DNA of 64,000 nucleotides from NCBI GenBank assembly GCA_028023455.1, contig JAQFVV010000009.1, forward strand, positions 7,812,001-7,876,000, in the 5' to 3' direction. The translations under genes were made by a program, and so were the position numbers. The notes under the pieces are model-generated. The model had not been told where the DNA came from and ran no database searches. It saw only the letters and a list, made by a program, of their open reading frames with translations. This DNA is from Epiperipatus broadwayi. Lineage: Eukaryota; Animalia; Onychophora. How positions within the stretch are numbered: the stretch's first letter is position 1; the number at the start of each line of letters is the position of its first letter. Below are positions 12,985 to 28,115 of the stretch, piece by piece.

Positions 12985-14517
12985 AATTATTACCAATAAA
13001 AGTAGAAGAGATGGGAGTAAAAAATTTTGGAAGTACATTAAAAGAAGAAATATAGAGGAGAGAGAATTAGTTTTACTAGATGATGAGGGAACAGAGTGTA
13101 GTTCTAAAGAAGAATTAGAGATAGTCTTAAACAAATATGTAATGGATATAGGAAAGATGTTAGATGTGAAGAACACAGAGATAGCAAACATAAAAGCATA
13201 TAGTAATGGGAATATACAATTTACAGAAAATGAATGGAGCGAGACAAGGAAGAAATTGAAAGGTGGAAAGGCAAGAGATTTGGATGGATGGGCAGCAGAG
13301 ATGGTGATGAATTTAGGGCAGAAGGCAAAATTAAAATTATTATCATGTTTTAATAAGATGGCACAGAATAGGAATTTCCAGGTAGTTGGAGTAATGCAAG
13401 AGTAAGGCTATTATTTAAAGGGAAGGGTAAGGATCATAGAAAGCTAAACAATTATAGACCAATAGTAGTAACATTAGTGCTATATAAAGTTTTCTCATAT
13501 ATGGTGGCTGGAAGGGTTGCAAAATGAGTGGAAGAAAATAATATAGTGGGAGAAATGCAAGGAGGTTTATGATCACATAGGCATATAGGAGATATTTTAT
13601 TTGTAGTTATACAACTTATGGATATAAGTAGGAATACAGGTAAACAGTTATATATGGTTTTTATAGATATAGAGAAGGCATATGATGGAGTAAATAGAAA
13701 TAGATTATGGGTAAGTTTAGTAAATTTGGGAATGGATGGAGCTTTAGTGAATATTATTAAGAAATTATATGAAAATAATTACAACATGTATCAATTTGGG
13801 AATATAGAATCAGTTAAAGTTAAAAATGAGGTGGGACTAAGGCAAGAATATCCTCTGTCACCTATTTTGTTTTTGTTGTATTTGAGAGAATTGGAGAGAG
13901 CAATAGAAAGATCATAAAGAGGGGTAGAGATACCATTAATAGGTGGCAAGAGAGTATATACATTGTCAGGTCTTATATTTGAGGATGATTTTTTTTTTGT
14001 GTGCAGAAAGAAGGGAAGATATGGAAGTTATGCTGAGGAAATGCACAAAAGTGGGTAAAGAGATGGAAATGAAATTTAGTGAAGAAATGTCAAAAGTAGT
14101 GATGATTAATATTGGGGAAAGAGAAGACAAAGAATTTTTATTGGGAGATATAAAGTTAAGTGTGGTGAGTAGTTATAATTATTTGGGAATTGGTTTAAAT
14201 AATCAGAGAAATTGATTGGATGAATGGGAGAAAAAATGATAAATGATGCAAAGAAGAGAAAGGGATTGATAAAGAAATTAACAGTGTTCTCCTATAATAA
14301 ATATGACATAGCTACAATTGTATGGAAGGGAGTGGAATTAACAGTGTTAACATATGGTAATGATGCATTATGTGTTAGTAAAGGGGTATTAGATTACTTA
14401 GAAAAAGTACAAAGATAAGTAGGAAGATATGCATTAAATGCAGAAGTGTGGATGGCAAAGGAGGCAATTCAAGGAGAAATGGGATGGTCAAATTTTTATA
14501 TGAGAGATGCAAAAAGC
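12985..14517 (+). mobile_element. RTE/RTEX-like LINE, internal fragment (5' and 3' truncated, many stops)
   Basis: Collinear with ~55965-57490; ORF fragments GKARDLDGW, FIDIEKAYD, LRQEYPLSPILF, YNYLGI. Confidence 0.9.
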
Positions 14518-17500
14518 AGTTTATAATACCTGTAAATAATAATATTGTTCATAACAGAATAAATATAATGCACTAAAGCAAATGAATACCAATCAGTAAT
14601 TTATTATTCAGTATTTAATATAATTCTTTATTTAATCATATTTCCATCTGTCAATTATACTAAACAAAACAGTGATGATAATTTCTTATTACAGCACCTT
14701 GTATTCAAACAATATTTAAAATAAATAGAAAACAACAAGATCATCATTTCACATATTCTAAATACAATCCTTACTTAATATAGATTAAGAGAAAGCAGTT
14801 AAGTCAAATATCATTGTCCCAAAACAATAATAAATGTTTAAGATATATTTCATTTATAATCAAATAAAAACAATAATAAATCATTAAACAACTAAGCTCT
14901 AAAGATATTCTTATCTAAATAAAATAATTTATGAATGATTGAGATAACAGATTTATTATGTCTTACAAGTTTACAATGTTCATAATATCTAAATAGATAT
15001 ATGACTCTATAATTAATTTTAAATTCTAGCTCAATAAAGTGATAAATAATATTAATTTATCCATGCTGTATTTTTATATTAATCTACTATTACTAATCAC
15101 ATTATTTATAACAATATAAAGGACAATAAAATGATAAATAATAAATTACAGTAACCCATGCTATATTCTTATATTGACTTTACTCTTGCCAATTAAGCTA
15201 TTTATAATAAAATGAAATGTTTAATAATGATATAATATCAATTAACCTATTAGATAATCTTGAATCTGTAATATCCAATCATACCATTTTAAAAGATAAA
15301 CAGTAGATTTCTATTGGATATTTGCTTAAGTACAATTAACTACTCATATCAATTTGTTTTAAGTTTACTGTAATTAAATTATTAAAATTATATATTTCAA
15401 CAATCAAAATATATAAAAAATAATTATTAGCATTTATTATAATCAAATATGAATATTAAAATTTAATAGTTAATTGGATTTACAATCCACCTCAACTAAC
15501 TTTAAATATAATTAGGACAAATCATTCTGACTTAAGTCAGAACAAAGTATATTACCATCAGCTTTATAATTGAATAAGATTAATATCTTAATTACCAACC
15601 ATGGATTTAATGCAGTAATTATCTAAACAACAATAATTTAGATAAAAAGGAAATATTTGATTGTGATTAACACATAAAGTTTATATCTAGTCATATAATA
15701 ACTATAGAATTAAATCAATAAAATAATATAATCATACTTATCTATTAATATTGAACTTTGATTTCTGGGTTATAGAATACAGTTATTTCAAATAAATTTT
15801 TATGATGAAAACAGTTTATCTGTTTACACTTAAATGTTATCAAGTAATACATCTATTTGCACAACTGGGCAATAATCAAACAATTTATTCAATTTAAGTT
15901 AAGTTCAAATTTATTAATAAATAGATATCAATTATATGAATGAAAAAAATATAGATCATACACAATTGATATATACATATATAATCTAATTGAATATATA
16001 ATAAATCATTGATTGACATTAATTTGCTATTTACATATATGATTGCTTATTAATTTCCAATTTTTTTTAATAAAAATAAATTAAATATATATGTCTGTAT
16101 TTCCACTTTCCAAAATATATACCTTATATATATTATATATACACACACACACAAAGATGAATCTAATGCTTTGGGTAAAAATTTGAGAAAACAAAATAAA
16201 ATTAATACTTATTGTGATAAAATCTTTTTAAACTTTCAATATAAATGATATATTTAAAGTTAAATTCTTATAATCACTAAAAAAAGGAATCTTTTAAATT
16301 AAGATAATAATTACAATAACATAAGATATAAGTTTAAACTTAGGAAAAACATAGCTTTCATATTTTAGTATGTGAATAGATTACTAATTAACTTAAAACT
16401 ATATATATATTTTGTCAACAAATAAACTTACTTTTTAAATAAAGATAAACAATATATATATATATATATATATTAATAATAATGATTAATATAAATAAAC
16501 AATCTGAATAAAAGTCTTTATATACTGTATTTATCAATATGGCATCACAGTTCTGATGTCTATATTTCAAACTACAAAACTGATAGTATGACTTTATTCC
16601 AGAGAAGATATAATGAATTCACTAGAACTTTAAATTCAGAGTCAATTCCAATATTTTTTTAAATTCAAATTAGGCTTTCTTCAAATAATAATTATTTGAT
16701 TTATATGACATTAAACACATAAGCACTATTTTATATTTGTGATAATAAGAAGATACATCCTTTCATGTGCAAGTATTATTTAAAATCAAAATGAATGAAT
16801 GAATGAATGCTATCTTTTTCTATAGTAATATGATGAAAATTAAACTGATTCACATCTCATAAAAATTTGATCAATCAATCTGATTAAATTACACAAGCAA
16901 GTGAATATGATTCTCCTACACCTTCTGATGTTTGTATTCAATTTTTAAAATATAGATGAAATCCATTTTTAAAGAATGAAATAATCTGATAGTTTAAGAA
17001 ATGCAGCATTTTTTAATGATTTTTTTTTTTATAATAAATTTGTCTTTTCCCATCAAATTTTATTGATAATCTGTCCCAGTCAATGGGCAAACATTGCTAA
17101 TTTTTACTCCTCCATTTTATATTGACAATTATATATTTTAAGATAAATAAATAAAAATCATGAAAAGAAATTTATATATGTACCTCCCTATAGAACAAAA
17201 ATAAGAGATAAAACAATAAGTTCAAATTATTCAGCCCTATTTATAAGATTTTCTTATTGAAATCAGAATAGCCATAGTAATTGTCTATATTCACTCATTA
17301 AGCTATTTATTCCAGTATAGTGTTTGTCTAATAAAAATTCTACTATTCAACCAACAAAAATAAATATTTTAGAAATATTACATACAATAAAAAATTATGT
17401 TTTTACAATACCAATATTATTTTTCATTTCAACAAAACTTAAACAATCTATATCATTTTTTTTTCAATATATCACACTAGAAATGTATTTTTATACATAC

Positions 17501-17879
17501 CTCCTAGCATAATATTAAACAAATAAAAATGACAAATATATTTGAAATATTAAACATTTATTTGTATTATTTATAATTTATTATAGTGAATGCAGTAACA
17601 AAAGTGAAATATATATATACAAAATAATTTCATCCAAATTATATACATTATTCACATATTTATTTTTCTCTTAAAATGAATAAAGTCAATTTATAATCTT
17701 ATAAAACAATTAATATTAAATTATTTTATATTAATATTATTGTTGTCATAGCAAGACAGTTAATACTTCATAGTTTAACATATCCATTATCCAAAAATCA
17801 AATAAGAAAGAAAAAAAATTATAACTGACATTTTGCCACATATTGAAATACATCTCCAATTTCGATAGGCACAGTATAT

Positions 17880-19685
17880 AGTGAAGGAAATATTAGATTT
17901 GCAGAGATCAATTGATTAGAGTTTCTTAAGAAGTTGAGAAATGTAAAAGTAAAAGAATTTGGGTGAATATTAGTAGAAATGTTGATAATTTTGGAAGTTT
18001 GGACAAAATCAAATTTAATAACATTTTAATACTATAATACAGAAGACAGATAGTTGGAATAATATTACAAGAATGAGATTGTTGTTTAAACGAAAAATTA
18101 AAAAAATCATAAAATACTAATTAATTGTAGACTGTCACTGAAGCATCAATGATCTCTAAAATATTTGTCTTTCCAGGTTGTAGGAAAAGTGGTTAAATGG
18201 ATGTAAAAGAATAGCAGTGAAAAAATCTATAACACTTCACCTATTTTTATATCTATTTTTATAAGAAAACAAATATTTTTTTTATAAGTATAATGAAGAC
18301 TTATGATAGAGTAAGTAGAAACAGATCGTGGATAAGTTAGTTAAATTTGGAAATGGATGTGTTTTAATAGACCTGTTTGAAGATTATATAAAAAAATAAC
18401 TATTATAATTATTAGTTAGGAAGTATGGAATCATTTAGAGCTAAAAATGATGTTGGATTATGATGAAAGTGTCCTGTAACACCTATTTCATTTTTATCAT
18501 ATTTATGAGAAGGGAAATTGTCAATGAAAGAAATGGAAATGTAAAGATACTTATTAATGAAAGATAGTGGAAGTAATTTTGGAGATCTGTGCAAAGGTGA
18601 GTAAAGTCATGGAGATTAAATTTTGTAAGAAAATAAAAAATAATGATGATAAATATTGGAGAAAGTGTTTTTTTTTTTTTTGGGGGGAGGATATAAATAT
18701 GAAATGTAGTAAATGGATATAATTATCTAGAAACCATTTTGAATAAACAAAGTATTACTTGAGTGATTAAAATACAATTGGTCAATGAGGTAAGAAAAAA
18801 TGGTTGATAAAAAAATTAACATTGTTTTTTTATAACATGTATAATGTAATAAGAACTGTGTGGTTAACTTATGGATTGATGTATTGAATATACTAATTGT
18901 ATAGTCTAGAAACGATTAAAAAGGAAATAGAAAGATGTTTATTAAATAAATATGGACAGTAAATGAGGCAATTCAAAGAAAGATGGTATTGTTAAGTTTT
19001 TACATGATGGATGCAAAAAGCAAGTTAGAAGTAATAAAATAGTCAAAATAGTTTTTAAGTTTTCAATAAAAGGCAAGCAACAAGATAATTGAAAAAGATA
19101 ATAGGATGTGCTAAAGACTTGGATAAAATGGATGTCTTATTAAAATTATTGAGTAGTTTAGAAATAAAGATTGGAACATGAAAATAATTTCAATAAAAAG
19201 AAGAGCCAGAGAATGGAGAAGTATGAAGAATAAAAATGTTTGAATATATAGTATAAATAAATTATTAGATGTAAATCAGTTTCTAATAATTGCAAGAAAA
19301 GTAGTATATGTGGGCATTTGGATGATTTGTTTTATAAACTGTGTAATGAAGATGTAGAATTTTTAAAAAAATCATTCGTTAATATAATGTAAGCCCTCAT
19401 GAGTGGAAAGAATGCAGATGGTAACTTATAGGAAAGTAAATCTCATCTAAGTGATTATACAGAAATTGGATTTTGGATTTTTATTATGGGGTTAAAGTTA
19501 TTGAATGGATAAAGATAATGTAGTGCAAATGTGATAGAAGGTAAATAGATTTGAGGTTTTGGATGTTATGCAATGTAGAGAATGATAAAGGAGAAATGGA
19601 TGGCTAACAAGTTTTGTTTGACTTATTGGATGAGAGTTTCTGACTTCTATAAATGAGAAGCCATGTTGCATTGCATCATATCAAG
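17880..19685 (+). mobile_element. Old, heavily decayed copy of the same LINE lineage
   Basis: Recognisable collinear blocks (GAGGCAATTCAAAG..ATGG, GATGCAAAAAGCAAG, GTGATTATACAGAAATTGGATT, TGGCTAACAAGTTT) and a CATTGCATCATATCA tail remnant. Confidence 0.7.
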
Positions 19686-21134
19686 TATTAATATTATTTT
19701 AAACACACACATACACACCCATATATATATATATGAAAAACAAAAACAAGTTAGAATCACGTAAATTGCTATATCACTTGTATTTATGATCAATAGCTGG
19801 GCAAATGAAAGAGATAGTGAATGCTGAATCTTTTGTCGTTTATGTAAACAAATTATACACTTGTTCTGTGTTTTGGTAAAACGCCATCTACTGATCACAC
19901 ACACATATATAATATATTGCTGAAATAAGCTTTTTGGTATCAAAGAAATGTAATATATTGTTAAATAACTATTTAGATGTTATTTATTTGTAAAAAGTAC
20001 TTAACTTTATTTTATTTATATCTGTTAAAAAAATAAATTTAGTATTAGCATGCACAAAATTCTTTTTGTGTAAACAATACTCACCATATCATATATTTTT
20101 TGTTATTGAAATTTTATTTTACTTCATTTTGTTTCCTCATAATTTTTTTCTGGGTTTTGTATAATGTTCACAATGAATTTAACTACATGAATTTTCACAT
20201 GCCTGAAGTGACCATAATAGTATTATAATATTATCAGACTATTTTTATATACAATTATCTACTACAGATATTAATTCTAGATTTTCCTAATTTGTAATTT
20301 CAAACAATTATGTAACTTTATTTTTTGTTTTTGGACTTCTCAATTTTTATATCACATTTAATTTTATTATTTTATTATCCATTTTAAAAATTATACTACA
20401 TCCATTCATTTTTGGTTTAAAGATTGCAGAAAAAAAGTTAGAATCGGTTAATGTAAAGAAAAGAAAGTACAGTTTTACATTATCTTTTGCAGTTAAACAT
20501 TTTATGGATGTCAGGACTTCAATTTTATTAATAAACTCCAATAAGAGCAGAAGCTATTGCCATCCTTGAAATATTGTACACATAGTATCATGCATTATAG
20601 TAGAATGATAGTTAAATTAGAAGAATATTATCAGATAATTAATTTTATCCAGATTGTGTTTTGAGTCTCATATGCTTATTAATAAAAGTATTTATGCTTT
20701 TCACTGTTTTTTATTTTATTTTAAATAAGTTATTAAAGTTTCATATCAATCCATCTTAAAAGACTTTTTTAAGTGGCATAAGGATTAAAATTGAATCATA
20801 GCCGTTCCATCTTAAATATGTAGACTAACTTTTTTTTAGTCTATGCATTTATTTTTGCTAACCATCAAATTATTTTAACTAACGAGACAATTGTTTATAC
20901 ATTATGCAAATGTTGCATAATAAATAATAATTTCTGTAACTCTTAATGTCAAAGTAGGTTCTTTTTTTCTGTAATAACATTGATATTATAATTATAAAAA
21001 AATATTAGTTTTTAATGTGCATAAATAGTGTTAATTTATTTAAAAGTTAAAGCAAAGTAAAAAATTGAAATAATTTAAAACAAGTGCGACTTACAGCGAA
21101 ATATTTATTTATTTATTTTATTTGTTCATTATAG

Positions 21135-21239
21135 ATTGTTAAGAGAAAATCTTCTCCGTCCACTTCGTCCAATCACACAGCTTCATGCTTGGTGGCATTG
21201 TCTGGCTGGAATCGGAACATGTCTTCATATTGCTTTAAA
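21135..21239 (+). CDS. ACER3: Alkaline ceramidase 3-like, internal exon (105 nt, phase 2/2)
   Basis: ttcattatag| exon |gtatgg; translates LLRENLLRPLRPITQLHAWWHCLAGIGTCLHIAL, matching the ACER3 zinc-binding block TQFHAWWHILTGLGSYLHI. Confidence 0.88.
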
Positions 21240-21339
21240 GTATGGTATAACAGTTATACATTACTGCTTTGAATTATTATATTTAGAATTATATAAAAGA
21301 TTTTTTTATATTTAAATTGATCGTTAATCTTATTTTCAG

Positions 21340-21385
21340 TATCAGTATGAGAGAAACATACCTCAAAAATAAAAAAATAAAATTG
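21340..21385 (+). CDS. ACER3: Alkaline ceramidase 3-like, next exon (46 nt, phase 2/0)
   Basis: ttattttcag| exon |gtaagc; in phase with the previous exon; ISMRETYLKNKKIKL parallels LYTRTLYLRYRPKVK of ACER3. Confidence 0.8.
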
Positions 21386-21673
21386 GTAAGCATAAAGCAT
21401 TTATATCTATTATTGAAATATGTAACCAAATGAAATATGGATTTCTAATACACATCTATGTAAATATAAATCTATACTATTGTAAGCAGACATCCATTGT
21501 GCTAAAAATCCATATTTCTGATTGATCGTATTTATATATAGAACAATTATTGTTTACTAATATATACATAAATTTTAAATTATATCTGAGACATTATCTG
21601 TTAGAAAAAGATTAATTAATTGGATTAAAATGTGTGTTATAATAAAATTAAGATATCTTTATCTTAAATTCAG

Positions 21674-21721
21674 TTTAAAGTTTGTACTTGGACTGAAAAT
21701 GTTATGATATTATCTTCTTGA
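21674..21721 (+). CDS. ACER3: Candidate terminal ACER3-like exon
   Basis: taaattcag| FKVCTWTENVMILSS* (phase 0, W at the same offset as FLFGIW); an alternative acceptor at 21680 gives FVLGLKML*. Not resolvable by eye. Confidence 0.4.
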   Translation, partial: FKVCTWTENVMILSS

Positions 21722-22329
21722 ATAAATGGTAAGCAATTTATTTAAAATGAATGATATCAAAGGTGGAGGTGAAAGAAATTTGGCTCTTGTGGATCAAATA
21801 ATAGTAATATATATGTGTGTGCGTGTATGCGTGTAAATGTGTGATGTTAAAATTATATTTTCAAAATTATGTTGAGAATAAAGAAGATTGGTATTTACAG
21901 CTAATCATAGTTAAACCTTGATCTTTATAATTATATAGCAAAAGGTGAAACATGATCTAAGGACATGTCTAATAAAGGATTAAGGATTATACGATTATAT
22001 TTTTATATTGTGAACAGTGAATCTAGATTTTCTTTCAGCTAAAAAGAAGTTATGTATAATTAATATTGGATATTGAAAATTCCCAAACCTGCAAAAATTT
22101 TCCTATATTTGAAAAATGCCCAAGCTTCATCCAGATTTAAATACCAGATCATGGTTGTTCTAAATAGATGCACTACATAAGGCAAAATACTTTTCCTGAA
22201 AATAAGTTACTATTTGTTAAAAAAAAAAAAAGTGGTATAATATAAAATGGCTTTTTTTACAGATGAAGTTAGAAGAAGTTACAAGGTTCTGTGCATAGGA
22301 CCAATTCCCAGAGACATCTTATTAGTCAA

Positions 22330-22880
22330 ACTAAATATGCCTTCTCCCTCAATCACTTATGTAGTATGAAAACTCATTTACTTCTCTCCTTTGGTTACAG
22401 TCATCTAATCTGACTATTATCAAATTATTTTTCTGGAATGGACTCTCTTTGTTCTATCTATTTTAATAAAGACTATCCATTCAATTTATGCTGATTCTCT
22501 TCTAACATTATATACTCCAAAAATAAGTGTTCAATACTCACCAATTTTCATATACATCATGTCTACAATCCAAATTCTTATTCCATCTTAATTTTCAGTT
22601 TTTAATATCCAAAGCTTCTAACATTGCACTACATAGCAATAAACTTCCTTTAGAATTGCCATGCACCTTTTCATATGTTATATATTTTTTATTCTTATAA
22701 TAATTAAACTGTTTTTTTTTTTTCCATATTTAGTAACTTTTCTTTAACAATATATTTATCCTTTTTTTCTCCCTTCACAATTATAAACCTGTAATATATT
22801 CAATACCCATTTGTCCCAATAATTATATAGAAATAAATTCTCTGTCTACTAATTTTTCATATTATAAAATCTTTCTAGTC
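22330..22880 (-). mobile_element. Decayed RTE-like LINE 3' fragment
   Basis: Purine-rich minus strand with remnants resembling the LLYG.E.W / EM..LR region; many stops. Confidence 0.35.
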
Positions 22881-25768
22881 ATTAGTGTTTGTTTCCACAA
22901 CATGTAACCCAATTTAATAAACAAAACATAAATAGTGCTGACCTCTATCAAATTTAAAAAAAAAATTTAAGTAGATTTTTAGTTATTTATAAAAAAATAA
23001 TATGTATTAAAGGAAGAATAATTAAATAGTCTAAAAAACATTCTTGAATTTTTTGGGTTCAGAAATAATATTAGCCATGGTGATTACTCAATTAATCTTA
23101 ACAATTGAGATTATCTTTATGTACTCTAAATATTTTCATTGGCTAATGAGCCATGTGTTGTGAAGTATATAGCCAGTCTACTTCTAATGATGAGAGTAGA
23201 ATGAATACTTAGTGAAAGTTATAGTTTCTAATAAACTTTTAACTTATCACAAAATACTTTTATTTTGAAATTAAATAAACCAGATAAACTTAGAAATCAT
23301 TTTTTGAATTTATTAAACTCTATCTAAAATTTGCATCTACTTAAATCTATTTTCAAAATAATTAGAGATTACTTAAGATTAATGATGAAGTAGCTACATT
23401 GATTTACTCATAAAATCTAACTTTAAGTGCTTATGACCAAAATCCACAAATGAGCCCATTATTGAAGCTAGAATTGACAGATCAAAGTAGATTAATATAA
23501 AGTTATTGATATTTTTTCAGTACTTTCTTAAATAACAAAAGACACCTGTTATTAATTATTTTATTGCTTTCCTATGATTACTTGCTCATCACTTCACCTT
23601 ATCAGAATTCAAAACACAGTAGCTCACAAAATGAAATATACACTGCTGATGCACATAAACAGGATTAAAATAAAACAGATGTCTAGTTGATTCTTGTTTG
23701 GATTTTTTTAAAGAATTAACAAAGCTATCAAATTTAAAATTTTCTTAAGATCAAATAGTTTGAGATATTGAGATTTAGTAAAGTGACTTAACAATAAAAT
23801 GATGTTTTTTGAAAGACTACAATAATTATTTGGTTAAAAAAATCAAATACTTTGAATCCACTTCAGATTGAAATGTGTTTTTTTCCCCTAATGTCCGAAT
23901 TTATAATAATTATTGTAGCCAAATTATTAAATAGTTCTTTTATGCTTTAGAAAAGTAGCATATTGTGATATTTGTATTTAAAGGAGTAATTTAGTTGAGA
24001 TTACAATTATACAGACAGAAAACTTGTTATAAACAGCATTTCAGTTTATTAAAGGGTTTAGTGAAAAATTGTTTTTAAAATAATTTTCTTAGATCAGGGC
24101 ATTGATAAACTCTTTCTTAATGTTTAATGATGTTGCAAAGGAAGTATGGTTGCATGAATTGTCATAAAGACAAAGAGTTTATCCTAATAATTAATTGTGA
24201 GACTAGTTCCTAGTTAATAGAATTACATTACATTATTTATTGCTTTTTAAAAAAAACCCCTCAAGGAACAATTTAAAAGAGAGAATAAATATTGGAGAAA
24301 TGAATGACAATTCTACACAAAAACTATGACCATTAATACTTGGATAAAAGTCTTGATAAAAAAAATATAGTTGAAATTTTAAAAGAATTTCAAGTGTATT
24401 TTTTTTCACATATTGAAAAAAGATCCCAATCCATATAATAAAAGTTCTGTTTAAAATAAATTCAGTAATGTCAGAAGGATCATTCTGTTAGCAAAAAAAA
24501 AAACAAAAAACATTGCTTATAGTGCTATAAAATGATAATTTAGAAATTAAAACTTGTTAGTAACCCATCATGCCTATAATTGGCAGAACACAATCTAAAC
24601 TATAGTTAATAATGATTACCATATAGAGTTAATATTCATAAAGTAACATTTATGGGATATTTGTTGAAGATAAGATAAACAACTATTAAATAGTCCACTT
24701 TCAGAAAAAAGGTGTCAGTTATTGTGAAGAAATAATGGAGAAAGCATTGCTCTCTATGCTTGCTATTTTTTGGTGGAACTATTTTCTATTTTCTTTTTAC
24801 TATATAATGAAGAACAGCTACATATCTATGTATTGACCAATATTTAATGTTTAGTTAAATGCTGTAGACCAATCATTTTTTAAAAAAAGATGAATTAGAA
24901 TCCAGGTTATGAAAATAGCAGCAGAATTCATTAGTACTATATTATGAGATCCTATTTGTGGAAAGCTGTAAAATCTTTTTAGAACTGAGACAATTCTTAT
25001 TCATATAAATGTTGAAGATACACCATTATATTCTTATCTCATTCTCATTCTTATCAAGAGCTCTTGAAGAGGAAATTGCTATGCAGCTGTATTGATGGAC
25101 TTTTTTTAAAAATCTAATATAAGTAACAAACTCATTCCTTTATAGAAACTTGAAGTTAAAAATAAGCATCACAAAATTTATTATTATATCAGAACCTTTT
25201 AAAAGTGCCAGATTTACCATCATGTTTTATATGTGAGAGATTGGCAATCTAATTAATATAAATAAATTCTTTTAAAGGTTGGGGAGAAAGAATGCAATAA
25301 TTTATTTAACTATCTGATTTGTTTTCACTCATCATTTTTCTGTCTTTACATTCATGATATTAACATTTCTGTATCATACTATTCCCATAAGCTTTAAAAT
25401 GATGTAATTGTTCTTTTGGTGATACATTTCAGTTATTTTTTATTATTATAAATGTTTGTATTATATACTTGCAGATTTCTCTTTTGTAATTTGTTACACT
25501 AAGATTTGTATATCTTGAATACAATTCTTTATATTCATCAGCTTTACTCAATAGCCTTAACTTATAATTAAAAAAAACATCATATGAGATTTTCCCTGCT
25601 TATATTTGAAATATGATTTTCTTTCTTGGCAATGTAAAAAAGCTAAAAGCGACTGCTGGTGAAATGCACATAGGCTTTACTTTTCATTGTTGAAGATCAT
25701 AAACCTATTAATCTGTAAATATGGATTAAATAACACTATCATGTAATATTGTTGATTAGTATTTTAAG

Positions 25769-25771
<3 letters not shown>

Positions 25772-25857
<86 letters not shown>
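25772..25857. repeat. (TA)n microsatellite
   Basis: Direct read. Confidence 0.98.
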
Positions 25858-25860
<3 letters not shown>

Positions 25861-26503
25861 GAATCAGAGTATTTCAGAACTGCTTTTATAAGCAGATCTT
25901 GTTTTATTATCTTTAATGAATGCAAACATCATATTTGAGATTATTAATTTTGAAACATTAAATTTTTGTTACTTTTTAATCCAAAGCTCCAGATAATTAG
26001 GTATCAATATTTTAATTCTTTTAAACATTGATAGTACCGTTTTTTTTTCTCCCATAAACCTATAAAATTAATTGCAAATTTTTATCTGATAAATTTTATT
26101 ACTTAGGTTTCTATTACCTTTTTTTTTTTTTTTTTACATTGATATGTATTCTTGGGTCTGTAATTTTGTTAACTCCACTAAGTAAAAGAACATACATATT
26201 GTTATAGATATCTCACATCCTTACATTTTTTTAAATTGATATTTATATAAAGTTCAAATATTTCTACATGTATATTGATAACGATTTAGTTTAATAGGAT
26301 AAAGCAATAAGAAAGCAGTCTTGGATGCTAAAATGAGATGTGCAGTAAAAGGTGACAGTATTTTTAAAATAATATTTTTTTTATTAAATTAGTAGCAGAA
26401 AAAAAAACATAAAATAAAAATTTGGGAACATTTTTAAAGGATTTTCTATTAAAATTTTTCTAGTAATTTTTTTAATGATACACATATCTTTTTTTTTTCT
26501 CAG

Positions 26504-26625
26504 ATATGAACTAAATTATTTCTTGGATATTCTCAATATGCTGAAATTTTCTAACAGCCTCTCAAATAAATTTGATAAAGGAGAAAGTCAGTATTATTTA
26601 CACTTGCTTTATGGTGATAATTTGG
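26504..26625 (+). CDS. Candidate exon of an unidentified gene (122 nt, phase 2/1)
   Basis: Strong acceptor (T-run ctcag), open frame YELNYFLDILNMLKFSNSLSNKFDKGESQYYLHLLYGDNL, donor G|GTATTT; phase-compatible with 30082-30115. Confidence 0.35.
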
Positions 26626-27832
26626 GTATTTTATATTCTTTATGACTATTGTTGGATAGTTTTTTAGATTGGCTATGATCCAGTTATTTGAGAAAAAATA
26701 TCTAAAGTTTTAGAAATTTTATTTAGCCTAGATTTAAATGCATAGTTATAATCACAGTAGAAGAATACATTATCTTTCCACTACGGGTCCCTTCTAAATA
26801 ATTTTAAAAAATGCCATTTTTAAGACTTGACAAAGGAACCAAAAATTAACTGATTCCAGTCTTGCATCTTATTGATTCTTTTTCATATTATATTTTCAAT
26901 TCTTCTTAATGGATTATTTTTAAATATTTTCATATTCCTTCTTTTTTTCATACAATACCTTATATCTCCGATGCTATGACATATGAAAAAAAAAAAAACC
27001 TTATATCTGTTGAAATTTATTGTGGCAGCTAATATATTCTATTAACATTATCTATAATTGTAAAAACAGCTGAAGGCAATTTTTCAGTTTAGCAAAATTA
27101 TTTATAAAGATTATTCTAATTAATTAGTTAAGTGATCTAGCAGAAATTTCTATAGAAAAGGCTATATCTAAAATGATAAATTGAAAAAAAATGCTATCAA
27201 GATATTTCTATCGCAAAAGCCCAAAATTGACTTAAAAATATGATTTTATTTTGTGTGTTTTTAAAATTATATTTTAATTTATTTTATTTCATTTTTTTGT
27301 ATTTTAAAAATTTATATGCTTTTCATGGGTATGCATATGTATTTTTTTTTTTATTGGTAATAATTTTACTATTTTGAAAAATATTACAATAACAAGACAA
27401 AAATAAATGAAATAACTAATGAGTATAACAAAACTATTTCTGATAATTTATCAAATATATTTTTTTTTCACTAAAAAATATAAATCAGCAAAATATTGAA
27501 TGAGCAATAAAAAAACTTAGAAATAAAAAGAATTATAATTTATATGAAATTCCAACATTTATTTAGAAAGAATATTGTAAATTAATAGCTCCTTTGATGC
27601 AAAAATTATTGTAGAAATCATTAGATAAAGAAATTTTTCCTAGGGATTTAAAAATAACTAGAAGTGTATCAAAGGTGCAAAAGATGATCCAAAGAATTAT
27701 AGAACAATATCGATTTTGCCAACTCTAAAAAATTTTTGAAAATTGTTTTCATTCAAAACTAGAAAAATATTAATAAGATTAACCAAATCTTGTACCAAAA
27801 AGATCAGTCATTACTAATCTGATAACAATTCA

Positions 27833-27940
<108 letters not shown>

Positions 27941-28115
27941 CACATGCCTTAAATCTTGGGAAAAGAATTGATGTTATATATCTGGTCTTGCCATCTGCTT
28001 TTGATTTAGTCTCTCATAAATTATTATTAGGCAAATTGATTAAATTGAATATAATTATAAAAGCAATTGGATATCTTCTTACTTAAAAGATTATATGATT
28101 TACTTCTATTTCAAT

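Noticed and set aside
23750-25200. Very decayed LINE-like stretch (similar hints at 14900-16100)
   Set aside because: Only faint motif echoes; boundaries and clade are not defensible.
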